From the human T2T-CHM13v2.0 reference genome, Homo sapiens: a DNA stretch of 64,000 nt. The stretch lies in NCBI RefSeq assembly GCF_009914755.1, contig NC_060934.1; one strand, written 5' to 3'. Shown in pieces: positions 16,377 through 33,042 of this stretch. Both the position numbers and the translations under genes were made by a program. Numbering within the stretch: the first letter of the stretch is position 1; every line of letters starts with the position of its first letter. The notes beneath the pieces are model-generated. The model ran no database searches and was not told where the DNA came from. It worked only from the letters and a program-made list of their open reading frames with translations.

Positions 16377-17185
16377 AGAATATTTTCCTGTGGCTGCCAT
16401 AAGGACGTACCACAAGCAGTGTGGATTAAAACAACAGAAATGTATTGTCTCACAATTTCTGGAGGCTTGAAGTCCTTAATTTCATAATCAAGATGTTGAC
16501 TGGGCCACACTCCCTCAGAAACCTGTTGAGGAGAATCATTCCTTGTGAATTCCTGGCTGCTGATTGTTGCCAGCACTTCAGTCTACCTCCACACTCTACC
16601 TCCATTGTCACATAGGACTCGCCCCTCATGTCTCTGTGTGTCTATTTTGCCTCTTCATCTTAAAAAGACACCAGTCACATAACTTCATTTAACTACATCT
16701 TCAATGACCCTGTTTCCAAATAAGGTCACGTTCTGAGGGATTAGGGTTTAGGACTGTGTGTTAGTCAGCTTGTGTTGCCATAACAAAAACCATGGACTGA
16801 TTGACTTGAACAACAGGAATTATTTTTTCACAGTTCTGGAGACTGGAAGTCCAAAATCAAGTTGCTGCCAGGGTTGGTTTCCTGTGAGGGCTCTTTTCCT
16901 GGCTTGTAAGGCAGCCACCCTCCCATATGTCATCACATGGTCTTTCTGATGTGTGCACATGGAGAGAAATATTCCTCTTTTTCCTTTTCATATAAAGACA
17001 CCAGCCCTATAGTAGGGCTTCACCCTGTGACCTCATTTAACCTTAATTACCACCATAAAGGCCCTAACTCCAAATATAGACACATTTGAAGTTAGAACTT
17101 CAACCTGTGAATTTTGGGAAAACCTAATTCAGTCTAGAGCAGATCTTAACACATCTGTTTTGGGAACACCATTCAACCCATAACA
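16377..17185 (-). mobile_element. Nested MaLR LTRs: outer MLT1B/C-like, inner MLT1A/MST-like at about 16757-17141
   Basis: Two antisense LTR starts (ctgccata...aaacaacagaaa and tgtgttagtc...aacaacagga). The outer element resumes and ends attcaacccataaca. Confidence 0.75.
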
Positions 17186-17548
17186 ACCATTTCTTGGAAA
17201 GTTATCAATGTCTATATCTTTAGGTATTTTCTCTTGTGCCAGTCAGATTCTTCAGAGAAGACTCTTCCATTCTGAAAGGTACTTGTTTACCAGCATCCTA
17301 CTAGGAGAATAAGGCTTGGGGGCGCTCAACATTCAGTTTATAAACTTTTACTCGATCCCTATTAGCCCCACTCTCAGTTGTGCTGGAGATTTGCAAATCC
17401 AGAAACCCTCTGATTCACCCCTTTCCAGAGAATAAACATAAGGGTTTCCCTGGGGAAGGAGGGACATTGACAGGCTTCTGGAATGAGAAGGTATCTTGGA
17501 GTCTCTCTCCCCCTTAAGCAGATGTACAGCCATCCTTCCTAACTTTAG

Positions 17549-17865
<317 letters not shown>

Positions 17866-18204
17866 CTGTAACCCTTTTGACCAGGAATTTTGCCACCATT
17901 TCTTTTGGCGAGCTCTGCAGTGTAGAGTTAAGTTGCTTCTCAGTTTTTCCCCCTGCCAGCTTGCTGTTCAGTTTTCTCAGGTCTCCTAACTCAGTTACTA
18001 CTCATCCATTTCCTTCCTGGTTCCAAAATTCTTATGTTCTCTTCTATATTCTTCTGAGCTTATGCTGTCTTTAAAAATCACTTTACTGTTGTTTTAATAT
18101 TTGTAGAGGGAGTGGAACTGAATATGTATATTCAGTTTACCATCTTTACCCAAATTTCCAAATTGACTTTGTGAGTGGGATACTTGCAGTTGAGTTACTC
18201 TGTG

Positions 18205-18528
<324 letters not shown>

Positions 18529-18618
18529 ATTTACTCTATAATATTAAGTAAGACTTATTATACCCTTAACATTGGTTTTTAAATGTGTTCACTTAGGAAA
18601 TAGATTTAAAGTAATATA

Positions 18619-18928
18619 TGGCCGGGCATGGTAGCTCACACCTATATCTCAGCACTTTGGGAGGCCGAGGTGGGTGGATCAATCGCTTGAGTCCAGGAGT
18701 TTGAGACCAGCCAGGGCAACTTGGTAAAACCCCGTCTCTACCAAAAAAATACAAAAATTATCCAGGTGTGATGGTACACACCTGTAGTCCCAGCCACTTG
18801 AGAGGTTGATGTGGGAGGATCGCTCAAGCATAGCAGTTCAAGGCTTCAGTGAGCCAAGATCATGCCACTGCACTCCACCATGGGCAAGAGAGCAAGACCC
18901 TGTCTCGAAACATAAAAATAAAAATAAA
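18619..18928 (+). mobile_element. AluJ
   Basis: Full dimer; TSD taaagtaataYat. Confidence 0.85.
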
Positions 18929-19123
18929 GTAATACATACTGTCGTTTTTTCAATGCTTGAAAATAACTTTAACATTTAATTGTAGCTGACATACACTGAA
19001 TTCATGTGTGCTTACTTAAATTAGGTTATTATTTCTTTATAAACCTAATTTTTCATATGTCATGTTTACTATTTTATATGTAATATATACAGCATATCAC
19101 TTCACTGGTAAAGTAACTGGTAG

Positions 19124-19460
<337 letters not shown>

Positions 19461-20249
19461 CTTCATTGTGTTTTCTAAAAACAATTTCTGATCACCTGGG
19501 GATTATTACAACAGATCTAACTTTAGGAAAGTAAGTATTAAATTTGAATAAGATTATATAATAGGGGGATTTAAATTAAATGCCTAACAGAGTTTCATCC
19601 AAAATTTTAGAATGTGAATTCAAGGAACTCTTGACCCTTCTGAAGTAAATTGAAAGCATTTCCACAGTGTTCACACTAGGATGTAGCTAGCCAACTCACA
19701 GCTGCCTGTCCTCTTTTAGCTTCCAATGAAAATGCTTTGGAAAACATACACATAGAAAAAGAAATTCTCACAGTAATACTTAAACCTAAGAGGCTAAGCA
19801 ATCAGGCTTTTGCTAAAATCTAGGAAGAATGTTACCAACTGTAGTGCCAATGGAAATGGATTTTTTAAACCATTTTAAATGGGACTGAAACAGTTGTTTC
19901 CATTAAAGGAAATGTTGCTAAGAAGTAAGTTGGAGGGAGGCCTAGCCACCCCCACCCTAATCCCTAGTGATGGAATAGTTTAAAACCATAAAAGCTACAA
20001 TAACCAGAAAACTCAACTGCTACCACCCTCACTGCAGGGAGACCTGAATTCAGAGGCAGCCAGTGTTTGCCTTCCCTTTTTCAGAAAACATAGCCTCACT
20101 ACTTTGAAGAAAATACCAGTAATTTCCACACAGGAGAAATAATCATTGACTATAAGAGAAATCAACAATGTAGTAATAAACTAATTATAAAAAATTGAAA
20201 TGATAGTAATATATATCATAATTTATATTCTTGACTATAATAGCTGGTT

Positions 20250-20565
20250 TTCGTTGTTGTTGTTGTTGTTGTTGTTTTGAGGTGGGGGGGTGGTATTGCT
20301 CTGTCGCCCAGGCTGGAGTGCAGTGGTGTGGTCAAACTCACCACAGCCTCAACCTCCTGGGCTTCAGCTATCCTCCAACTTCAGCCTCCTCAGTAGCTGG
20401 GACTCCAGATGTGTGCCACCACGCCCATCTAATTTTTGAATTTTTTCTAGAGACGGGGGTCTCACTATGTTGCCTAGGCTGGTCTCAAACTCCTAGATTC
20501 AAGTGACCTTCCCACTTCAGCTTCTCAGAGTGCTGGAATTACAGGTGTGAGCCACTGCATCCAGC
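20250..20565 (-). mobile_element. AluJ with (GTT)n tail microsatellite
   Basis: (gtt)n at about 20253-20277; TSD ctataatagct. Confidence 0.85.
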
Positions 20566-20866
20566 TATAATAGCTTTAAAAGACTATTTTGAAAAGGAAG
20601 GAAGAAAAATCAAAAGAATCTGTAAGAAATGTAGCATGAATAAAGCAATATAAGAGCAAAAAATAAAAACAAAATCAGGTAAATTAGTGTATCTAGGAGT
20701 TTCTTTGAATAAGTTTAATAAGATAAACACTTGAAATAACTAAGGTATAGGGTAAGGTAGAAAAGGACTGAAAAAAATGAAAAACAAGAAAAGAGTTTAA
20801 GCAAGCAGTACTAAATTTAAGTGACATAGAAAATATTAAACTACCTATAATTTTTATTAAAAAATG

Positions 20867-21150
20867 GGCCAGGCACAATGGCTCATGCCCGTAATCCCAG
20901 CACTTTGGGAGGCCAAGGCAGGAGGATCATTTGAGCCCAGCAGACCAGCCTGGGTAACATAGCAAGACCCTACCTCTACAAAAAAAATAAAAATAGCCGG
21001 GCATAGAGACATGTGCCTACAGTGCCAGCTGCTTGGGAGACTAAAACAAGAGAATCACCTGAGCCCAGGAGGCTGAGGCTGCAGTGAGCTGGGATTATGC
21101 AACTGCACTCCAGCCTGGGGGACAGAGTGAGACCCTGCCTCTAAACAAAT
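20867..21150 (+). mobile_element. AluJ
   Basis: Diverged Alu dimer. Confidence 0.82.
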
Positions 21151-21588
21151 TAAAAAGAGTATTTTCTAATAATATCAGATAGACCTATTTTTTCCTTTTC
21201 AGCTAAAGATTATATTATTTATGCAATGACATTTCCCCTTTCACACAATACTGGGATCTGTCTTTGAAATACCCAGACATGTACATCATCTTTCCATTAT
21301 GTAATTTTAAAAATATAGTGCTTTACCAACTACAGCTGTAATAATCAGATTGTCAACCAGATTGCCATCACACCGTGAAAGGTCCTCCTAAAAATATAAA
21401 AGCTAGAGCTATTCCTGAAGATTGTAGCTAAATACATAAAATAAAATCACTCTCCAAAACGTCATAACTTTAAAAGCACCCAAAATGTAATGGAAATGTA
21501 AAATGATAAAGTTTTTTTGAAAAACTATAAAAAAATTAAAATGCATTGAAATGTATTATACAAATATTTACCTTAAATTTTGTCTCTT

Positions 21589-21893
<305 letters not shown>

Positions 21894-22221
21894 CTATTAG
21901 AAGAGAGTTTTTAAATTGTATTTTTAAAAATTCTTTTATCTGCTCAATTGTTAGCTATGAACAGTGCCTCTGAGAAGTATGCTAAAGGTTCAGCTCCTTT
22001 TTTTTTTTTTTAGCTTTTTGGTATTTTTCTTTTAAATGATGATGTGCCCAAACAGTATTATGAAACTAAGGGTACATTTTAAATGTTTACACTGAACAGA
22101 TTATCTCACAATACCAAGTTTGTCTTTTCTCTAAACCCAAGGCTCTTACATTCTCTTCGGAAATGGCACCACCTTCCTCTAGTTGATATTGTCAGAACAT
22201 GCACAGCACAGCCTCTCACTG

Positions 22222-22557
22222 CAGTGCTTCTCAAAATTTAATGATCATGCCAGTCCCCTGGGATTCTGCTAAAATGCAGATTCTGATTTAATAGTTCTGG
22301 CCTGAGCTTCAGATTCTGCATTTCCAACAGGCTTCCAGGTGATGCCAGTGCAGCTAGTCTGTAGACCACAGTTCACATCACAAAGATTCTGTGCATGTCC
22401 TCAACTCTGGTTACATATCAAAACCACTGGAGGAGCTTGACTTTTAAACATCTGTCTGCCCTCTCTCTGCACCTTGTGATAATGAGGCCTCAGAATCTAT
22501 ATAACTGTTTGTAATCACCACATGATTCCTATCCACAGCCAAGTTGAAAACCACTGA
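22222..22557. mobile_element. Two adjacent MER5-type (hAT-Charlie) MITEs
   Basis: cagtgcttctcaaa...aaaatgcagattctga...gattctgcatttcc; the second copy ends gttgaaaaccactg. Confidence 0.65.
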
Positions 22558-23068
22558 TTAAGCAGTATATTATTTTATTGTGGCACTCAGGCAACCCTTC
22601 ACTACACCTTTACTACACTGTGTGCTTTTAAAAACATATATGTTGATGTAAACGAATAGTTGATTTTAGAAACATCTTATGTAAATTGATTGATTAACAA
22701 CTTGGAATATATTATAGAAAAATAATATTTTAGTAAAATTAACTATAAGATACAATTAGGGGAGTAAGGCTATTGAGTAGGACTTCCTCCTAGTTTCCAT
22801 TTTTTGTGGCTGGCTCTAGACCAAATGTCTCCGTCAGTGAAGTGTCCCTTTATAATCACCCACCCTTCTTTCATAGCTTTCTGCAGCCTCTGTGTACCTG
22901 TTTCCTTAGGCCTCCACTGTGGCACTCAGGCAGCCCCTCTTTACCCATGTATCCTGTATTCTGTGCTCCGTTACTTGCTGCCCTCCCACTATCTCCCACT
23001 CACCTAAATGTGAACTTTCTCTCTGTGTGGTTGATTGCACATGCCTTTGAAGAGAAGTAATTTGATAA

Positions 23069-23420
<352 letters not shown>

Positions 23421-26400
23421 CCCGGAGTTTTTTTTCTATCAGTCTTTGCTTTCTCAGGAAGACCATGTGGTCCTACTATTATAAGGGCCAGTTCTTGACA
23501 TTTAAATACTTACTGTATGTTTAAAGTATGCTGTCAAACCTACTATAAAGCAACAGTAGTATATAGGGGCTGTTATGTTCCCTAAAGAATGGAATTTTTC
23601 ATTTACTAAGTCAGCCATAGCCTTGCCAGACACCTAGAGAATGAAGCATCTCTTTTGGTGGCTCGGTTAATGTCCTTTGTGGAAGGAGCCAGATGGAGTC
23701 GACTGTGTGAAGTTAGATAAGGCCTAGGTGCCTAAGAAGTGGGACCAAGACCAAGAGAAAGAAGGAAGTAGGATGACAGTTTGGTATGGGAACTAAGATA
23801 ACCAGTAGGATGGCTGTGTAGTCCAGTCTATATTTGAATAGTCTTTTTTCCCATGCTAAAATCCCGAGAAATTCTGTGTGGTCCTGTTAAAAGGGAACTG
23901 TGTCTCTTACAAATGCTTATTATCCCAAATAAATCAATAGAACTTTAAATAATATAAAAAGTGAAGTATGAATTCTCAGCCAGTGTTGATGGAGAGAGTT
24001 ATTTTGGGACTGAGAAGTCATTCCTTCCTAAATTCTGCTCCTGGGAACAGTTCCCTTAAGCAGTTCCTGATTTTTGCATCTTTAACACTTCTTTTAAATT
24101 AATTATCATCTAATTTTTTAACATATCTGTACTTTCCCATCTCTCAAGTTTCTTAGACTCTACTGAGGTCAGGGTTGAGATATATAAGGCTTCTCTGATT
24201 CAAGGGCACTGGGGAAGACCAGTGCAATGTTGCGACAGAGGTATCCATTTCTATATACAGTCGGCCCCATTTTAACTCACTGTAACACCAGATACATTTA
24301 TATAATGTGAGGCTTTCTCCTTCAGAGCAACAGGATATTCTGTGAGGTATTTGGCAGTGATAATTAGAAACTGCAGGTAAACAATGTTGCTGCCAGTTCC
24401 GCATCTGAAAGTAGAACTCCCAAGTCATTGGTGTACTGGGGAGGTGCTGACAGTTAAAACCTGCTTAGATGGGCATGGGGGGAGAAGTACCCCAAAGTTG
24501 AGGGAGCTCACATCAATCCTAAGCTAACATATTCACCCCCAACACATGCCCCATCTTTTTAAAAAAAAAAAAAAAAAAAAACTATTTTCAGCCACAGTCT
24601 CTAGTCACTTTGGATTTAACTTCAAATAGCTTTTTTTCAACCATGCCTCTAACTTGGCACAGCTCTGAGAAAAAATCCCGTAACCAAGCCATCTGGGTTG
24701 GATAAAACAGGGAGCTTTTCTATTTGATTTCTCACATTTTGTTCCTCTTTGTTTTTAATGATGGAGTGGGGGGGGAATCATTATGAAGTAACCAAATTAT
24801 TGGATAAGTTAGTGAATCGGGAATAGATCTTTTCAACTCTATACTGTCTCTAAAAAAATCTGTATCAGAGGATCTCTCTGTTGTCTCTGAAATGTGGTGT
24901 AGAATGAATGTTTTGGGTGAATTGACTTGAGTGGGTAACAAGTAATGGTCAGAAAATAAAGTTCTCATTGGGTGGTCTGAAATTCAGCAGTGTTTATTTC
25001 TTTTTAGACTCAGCAGAGATTTTTTTTTTCCAGTGAAGCATATTTTAACATGTTATGCTCTGGATTTACTTAGTATGGTTTTAAGTGAATCATTAGGCAT
25101 GTGTGATTTTTCATTTTTTCTTAAAGACCAGCATTAATAGCTTCATAATTCAAAGAGTCTGTAATTAAGAGAGTTTGAAGAGTTGTTTAAACTCTGTTAA
25201 CTTTGAAAAAATAGGCTATTTTATATGTGATAAACTGCTGCTTGCAGTTCAGAGTTACTTGTTGGGATTGTGTATCAATTCAGACCTTAAAATGTAAGAG
25301 TGGAAGCCATCCTCTGTGCTTGCTTTCCAGGCACAGGGTGCTAGGTACTGAGAATATGAAGATGAACAAGGCACTTTTGATCCCTATTTGTTGTTACAGT
25401 CAAATGGCAGGGGTGGTTGTTACATAAACCAACCATATGGATATGTTACAAAGGAAAAGTACGGTACACAGAGATTATATATGATCTCTGGAAGGAGTCA
25501 GGGTAATTAGGAAAGGCTTTCTTTTGGAAGTAAAGAAATTTTATTTATACAAGGCAGTGAATAATATGTAATGTAATAAAATACTAGTAGTTATATATTG
25601 AATCAGACATTGTGCTGGTAATCACCTATTCTTATCCTTCTATGTTATACTAATCCCCCCATGAAAGCTTTGTGGGTGTAGGAAAACCTTGACATCAAGG
25701 TTTATGACTATCTCATGTCAAAGGTTTTGTTTGTAGTAGGCCCTAAGTAATGTTTATCAAATTAATATATCACATTTTTTCTTTTTATTATACAAGTGTA
25801 AATTATTACAATTATAACATTTAACTTTATCATTGCTATCATAATGTCTCACTGGTCATAGCATAACAAGTTATATAAAGGTATCATTTAAGAAAAATAC
25901 TTTGAAGTTAATATGCCATTACTGCTATTATCTATGGCTCTTATAAATCTACAGCAGTGTACCTCCAACCATACCATATTTCCTTGTATACTTGGGGCCT
26001 GGGTATTGTTCTCAATTTCTGTGATGGAAATCCTGAGGATCATTTTACAATTGCAGCTTACTTTTTGTTTGCTTTATTTGTTTATCCTGGGATCTAAATC
26101 AATTTCATAAAAGTTTTCTCTAAGAATGTAAATCATAGAATCTTGTTTTATTGAAAATGTTAAGAGATCATGAAATGAAGCTAACTCTTCATTTGGCATT
26201 AGGGTAGGTAAATGCATACCTATTAAATGAAGCATGGTTTTCTTGATAGTAAATTTAGCCTAGGAGTATGTTCATTTTACAGTATTCACTCCAGCTTTAA
26301 ATATCCTCTAATTCCTTTGAGAGAGTGAAGCTAAGAACTCTATCACATGACCGTCTGGATTTCTGAAATGCTAAGTCTTTATAAAAGCCTTATGGATTTG

Positions 26401-26824
26401 AGTAATAATAAAGCAAGTGCTGGCTTGTTAAGTAGGCTAATCTGATCCATGCACTATATAAATCAGAATGTAATTTTAAATACTATGACTTTATATCGCA
26501 GATGACTCCATATTCTTCAAAAGAACTTGCCTAATTATAAGAGCATATTTCCTTGGAAAATCAATTTCTTTTGATTTTTAAATGACTTTAAGATTCCATT
26601 TGAGGATTATTTTACTTATATATTTTTATTTTAAATGAAAATATTCATCACATTTCTTTAGTCACAAAAAGTATAGTAGGTAAAGTGCTCCAGTAGTGAA
26701 AATGATTGCCATTTCATTGTGACCACTTTCAAGAGAAGTTTATTACCAAATAATTAGAAAAAAAATGGAAATTATAATCTCACTTGTTAAGTTAACCCAG
26801 TTCATTCGTTCTTTTTTTAAAAAA

Positions 26825-26962
26825 TTAATTTTTTATGGTAGGGGTAGAGATGGGGTCTTGCTGTGTTGCCCAGGCTGGCCTGGAACTCCTGTGCTCAAGC
26901 AATCCTCCCACCTAAACCTCCCAAAGTGCTGGGATTAAAAGCATGAGCCACGACACCCGGCT
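26825..26962 (-). mobile_element. FLAM/Alu left monomer
   Basis: Single antisense monomer. Confidence 0.8.
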
Positions 26963-27621
26963 TATTAATTCTTTTAATAAGTATTTTTGAGCTTCTGTTT
27001 TGTGCCAGGTACTGTACAAGGCATTAGATACACTCTTGGCAAAGAAAACAAAGTAAGCAAAATAAAACATCAAACATCTTTGTTTATAGAGTTTTCCTAC
27101 TGACGTTTATGCATGTTTTTTTTTTTTTGCATTTTATTCACTGGCCTCCCACTCAGAATATATTTACTTGAAATATTGTGCCTATTTCTAACAAGTTCAT
27201 TTATCTGATTTCTTGGCCTATTGAAAGTAGAAGAGGATTGCTGCTGAAACCATGTAGACTGAATGCAGATGATAGCTAACAAATTCACACAGACTTCACA
27301 CTTGCCAAGGGATCACAATAATAATTTAAAATGGTATTCCTCTAGCTCTGCCTCTGTCTGCTGCATGAGAACATCAATCCTTCCTACCCTTCATTTCTTT
27401 CCAAAATACTTCCCTGAGGATATCTCAACCACAGTTGCTTAAAATGTGGTCCCCTTCTCCATTTCTCAATCATTGTAGCACTGTCACGACCAGTCCGGGC
27501 ATTAGCCCTGCCACAGATGGCAGCTAATAGTACTATGACCAGTGCCTAACTAATTCTGGAACCACTGCTGCTGTGGCCTTGCTCTCTCATTATTACAGAG
27601 ATTAGTGTAACCTCTTATACT

Positions 27622-27985
27622 GCGGTAGGCTAAGCCGCTATGATCATAGTATGTAACAATAATGCAATGACTGAAGAACTATAGAAATCTATTTCTTTTT
27701 CACATAAAAGTCCTGGTTAGGTGCTCATTTCATCAAGAAGTTCTCCCCACACAACTATTAATATTTGAAAACTCAGATTCTACCCATCTTCAACACATAG
27801 CTTCCAAGGGTGCTCTGCTCCCTGCCATCCCAGCCAGTAGGAAGGAAGAGCAAGTGGAAGAGACACCCCCACTTCTCAAAAGCCTCACCTCATATTCTTT
27901 TGGTGAGAACTCAACAGATTCCTCATCTACCTGCAAAGAGGGGCTGAGGAACCCAGGCCCTGGCTCAGCCATTTTCTAGCCACAC
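27622..27985. mobile_element. Old MaLR LTR (MLT1J/K-like)
   Basis: ggtaggctaag...ctatttctttttcacataaaagtcc...ctacctgcaaagaggggctgaggaa. Confidence 0.55.
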
Positions 27986-28034
27986 TCTGTCATTCTACCT
28001 TTTATGGACAGCAGTACATCATATCCATACTTCT

Positions 28035-28090
28035 CTTGTTTCATTGTCCTAGACTTTTCATACTTGTTTCATTGTCCTAGACCTTTCATT
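28035..28090 (+). repeat. Tandem duplication of a 28-bp unit
   Basis: cttgtttcattgtcctagacttttcata followed by cttgtttcattgtcctagacctttcatt. Confidence 0.9.
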
Positions 28091-28697
28091 ATAGCCCTTG
28101 CACCAGCACCCAGAACTGGTGAAGGCACCATTGGTCATAGTCTGTTCCAGGTCTTCCCTAGACAGCTCCCTTTCCCATCCTTAAAAACATCTTTTCTAAA
28201 CATTTACTGCTGTTGTGAAATCCACTCACCTTCCCACTCATGTCCAGCCTTAACAGCTAATATGCCGCCTACTGCAGAGTAAAGGTAGAGGGCCTAACCC
28301 ATGAACCCTTCAACTCTCTTCTGGACACAGCCACTCTTTTCTTCCTTTCTATCTGTCCCAGAGGAAGAGGTATCCCTGCTTCTTTCTTGAGCCCACTCTT
28401 TTCCCTCTGTGTTCCTAATCTTATTCTTGTCTATCTCATCCAGGATCTTGTTCCATTAAATATTCCTGCTTTCTCATAATTTGAATCTCATTATCTCTCC
28501 AGTATAACGTTAAATCCTTGAGAACATAAACATGCTTTCGTGTTGCTTCATGCTATTTTTTATTCCTTCTCCTTAAAAAAAAAAAGATATCTTAAAAGAT
28601 TAATTTATATGTACTCATCATGTTTTTACCTCCTATCTACTTTCTAGCCTTTTGCAGTTCTTACCAAAAGGAACACATTAAGCTATGTGCATTCCCA

Positions 28698-29400
28698 CAT
28701 TCATTCACCAATCCATCAACATACATTTATTTACACCTTTTATGCCAGGCACAGATGATTCATCAGTGATCAAAATAAAAGTCTTTGTCATCATGGGGTT
28801 TACATTCTACTAGGGAAAAAGCAGAGGAAGAGGGGAAAGCAAATATTTGTTAGATGTGCTTATGATATGTGATACATGCTAAAGAGAAAAATAAAGCAGA
28901 ATAAGGAAGTTAGGATTTTGATATTTTAAAGAGGGTAGTCAGGAAACGCCTCTCTGATAGGAGATATTCGAACACAGACCTGAAGCAAGTGAGCAAGCTC
29001 TTCACATGGATAACTGGGGGAAATGCATTTTAGACAAGGAAACAGCATGCAAAAGGCCTCGAGGCAGGAGCATATCAGCACATACCAGGGCCAGTAAAAG
29101 AGCGGGTGTGGCTGAAGCAGAACAGAACAGGAGGTGCAGTAGCAGGTGAGGGCAGAGAGATTGCTGGAGCCACGTAGATACACAGGGCTTTCCAGGCTAT
29201 AGTAAGCAATGATTGGGAACCATGGGAGGGGTTTGAGCAGAGGAATGGCATGATTTGGCTTCTGTTTTAAGTAGGCACCCTGACTGTTGTATGCAGAATA
29301 GAGTCAAAAAAATGGAGTGACCAGTTAGGATGCCACTGAAATAATCCAGACAGGAGGTGATGGTCATTTGAGCTGAGGAGGTAATGAAAAATGATTTCTA
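28698..29400 (-). mobile_element. L2 3' region
   Basis: cattcattca...tatgccaggcac...gggtttgagcagaggaatggcatgattt. Confidence 0.7.
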
Positions 29401-29429
29401 TTCTGGGTGTTTCAAAGGGCTAACAGGTT

Positions 29430-30345
<916 letters not shown>

Positions 30346-32735
30346 ATTTTAAAAATCATGGTTATTTACTTGTTTTTCTGCCCAGTGAAATGTTGAATCC
30401 TTGAGAATGGAACTATCATGTTTATGTTTCTATTCCCATGCCATGAGGCAGGTAGGATTTGCTTACAGTTGAATCAGTGAGTGTTATTTTTAATGTTGCC
30501 ACCTGAGTCCTCAAGAATTGACTAAATTATGTTTTACATGAAAGATTAATGAAAAGGAGGGTATATGTGCATGTGTCCCCATCTTAGTGCTTATAGGTGT
30601 AAACTTCACCTTGTTGGATAATTAAGTTCTCTGGGATCAAGGAAATTTTTTTTTTTTCCTTGACTTGTGTATAGTTATCGACTAGGCTACATAGAAGGGA
30701 GGTGCAGAATATTCAGGCAATTCCTATGTTATGTGAGCCTCCTATAATACAAGCCCCCTTTCTGAAAATGAACTGTCATCTGGGTTGAAATTGTGCACCA
30801 CTGGGAATGGGGGACTTGTAGATTGACAAGGGCCAAAGGGACTTTTAAGGAAATATTGGGTATAGCTTTCTCATTATTCATTGTTCTTGTGAAGATATCT
30901 AAACAACAGTTTGTTGATTTTACCAATTGTTTCCGAACTGGAAAGAAATACGATTTGTTCTCACTTCCCCGATAATATATTTCTATCAATAAAGTTAGTA
31001 ACCTTTTTTCCCAGTAGCTTAAAAGGTGATTTGTGATTTATTAAAGTCACTTGATAAATTACTGACTTCTATTTACATATTTTAACAGCAATTCTTTATA
31101 TTATATTTGGTTACATATGTTTATAAGGTAGTGTATTGGTTTCCTTTCAATTTTTTGGTATTAATACTACATTCTGTTATCAATGTTTTTTGTTGATCTA
31201 AAGAATATTTCCTTTATCTTCACATACATTTAGGTTTTGTGTTTTTGTTTTTGTTTTTCTTTTTTTGACCTTGACTTCTTTCTGCTATTTCTTTTGAGCA
31301 AAACCTTAAACAGCAGGCTGAATGGCCTTGAGGTGTAGTTTTAATAAAAGCATCACTGAGTAATCATTTGGTATAAACTCCCAACCAAATACATTAATGG
31401 AAAAAAAGAAAGCAATATATTTTCAAGGTTAACTTTCTTTATGGTTGCTTCCATGAATAATACATGGTCATTGAATTTATTTAATTTTTGCCTGTATTCA
31501 ACTATATTTAAGGTTCATATTTCTGATGAGAACAAAAAAAATCATAGGTTCAAGAGACCAAATTGTCAAAGAATTTATTAATTAAAGACAAATTAAAGCC
31601 ATGGGGTTTGCATATGTAGAACTGTAGTCAATTCACCAGGAAAATGCCTAGAAATACCCTATTGATTAGATAGTTTGCTGTTGGGTATTTAACTAAAAGT
31701 TGAAGCCTTTTCTCTCTCTTTTATTTTTGACACTATTAAATATTCTCACAACCTAAACAGATAATTTTTACTTTCTTAGGAAAAAACATATATTTTAAAG
31801 CACATATTTATTTTGTGAGTTTTAAAATTAATTTGATGACTTCATCTGAAAATTGAATAAGCACTTAACTGAAGCACAGCTACTTTTGAAATCTTCAGTA
31901 TGTGCAGCAGCTCTAATTCATTCCACAATTCGTCATTCAGGGAATATCAGCAAATGGCTACCGTCTGTACAGTCCTTTTGCCTCTACTCAACCCTATTAA
32001 CAAGTAAATTAAAACAATTTGTGGAGCATTACTTATAGTTGTTATCCCCTTGGAAGATCACAACCATCAACACAGTTGTAAAATAATGAAAACGTGAAAT
32101 AATGAAAAATAGAAAGTAGTTACTTAAATGCTTTTATTTTTCTGTGAATTTATTAAATTTTCTGTGAAGTGAGCCATATTTCACTTAAGCCTCCACTTTC
32201 CTGGGAAAGGAGGTGATAATATGTACACTGAGGTCTCTGTGCTGAGTACTGGAGAGAGGGAGAGAGCCAGGAAATCCTAGAGAACTGGAGAGACTGGTCT
32301 GATGGCAGCCGCTTGTTTAAAAAGCTGCATCCTTTGGGCTTCAAGGTGGACTGTTCCTCCTTCAGCCATTTCCTAGTGCAGTGATCTTGAGCAACTTATT
32401 GATTTTGGCCCTTTGTAAAATGAGAGGAGTTCACCATATTACTTATTTTCAAACCCTTCTCATAGAACACAAGGGTTTCTTAGAGTCTCCCCAAGAGTCT
32501 AGGGCAGTATAAATGAGAGACTCAGCCAGAACAGTTTCTCTTGTAATGTATTTACAGGGTTTTTTGTTTTTTGTTTTCGGTAAAGGGTTGTTTAGTTTAA
32601 AAAAGCATGATGATTCCCCAAATCCCTGCTAGCTTAACAAAAAAGCACACGGTTCAGTTTGTAGTCATTTTTTCCTTCGTTTCTTTTTAGGAGGGAGGCC
32701 TATAGTCAGGATTGACTCTAAAAGATAACCTTATG

Positions 32736-33042
32736 GGCCGGGCGCGGTGGCTCATGCCTGTAATCCCAGCACTTTGGGAGGCTGAGGCAGGCAGATTGTC
32801 TGAGGTCAGGAGTTCGAGACCAGTCTGGCCAACATGGTGAAACCCCGTCTCTACTAAAAATACAAAAAAATTAGCCAGGCATGGTGGCGTGCGCCTGTAA
32901 TCCCAGCTACTCAGGAGGCTGAGGCAGGAGAATTGCTTGAACTAGAAAGGTGGAAGTTGCAGTAAGCCGAGATTGCACCACTGCACTCCACCCTGGGCGA
33001 CAGAGCAAGACTCTGTCTCAAAAAACAAAAACAAAAACAAAA
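32736..33042 (+). mobile_element. AluS
   Basis: Full dimer with (CAAAAA)n tail; TSD aaccttatg. Confidence 0.9.
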
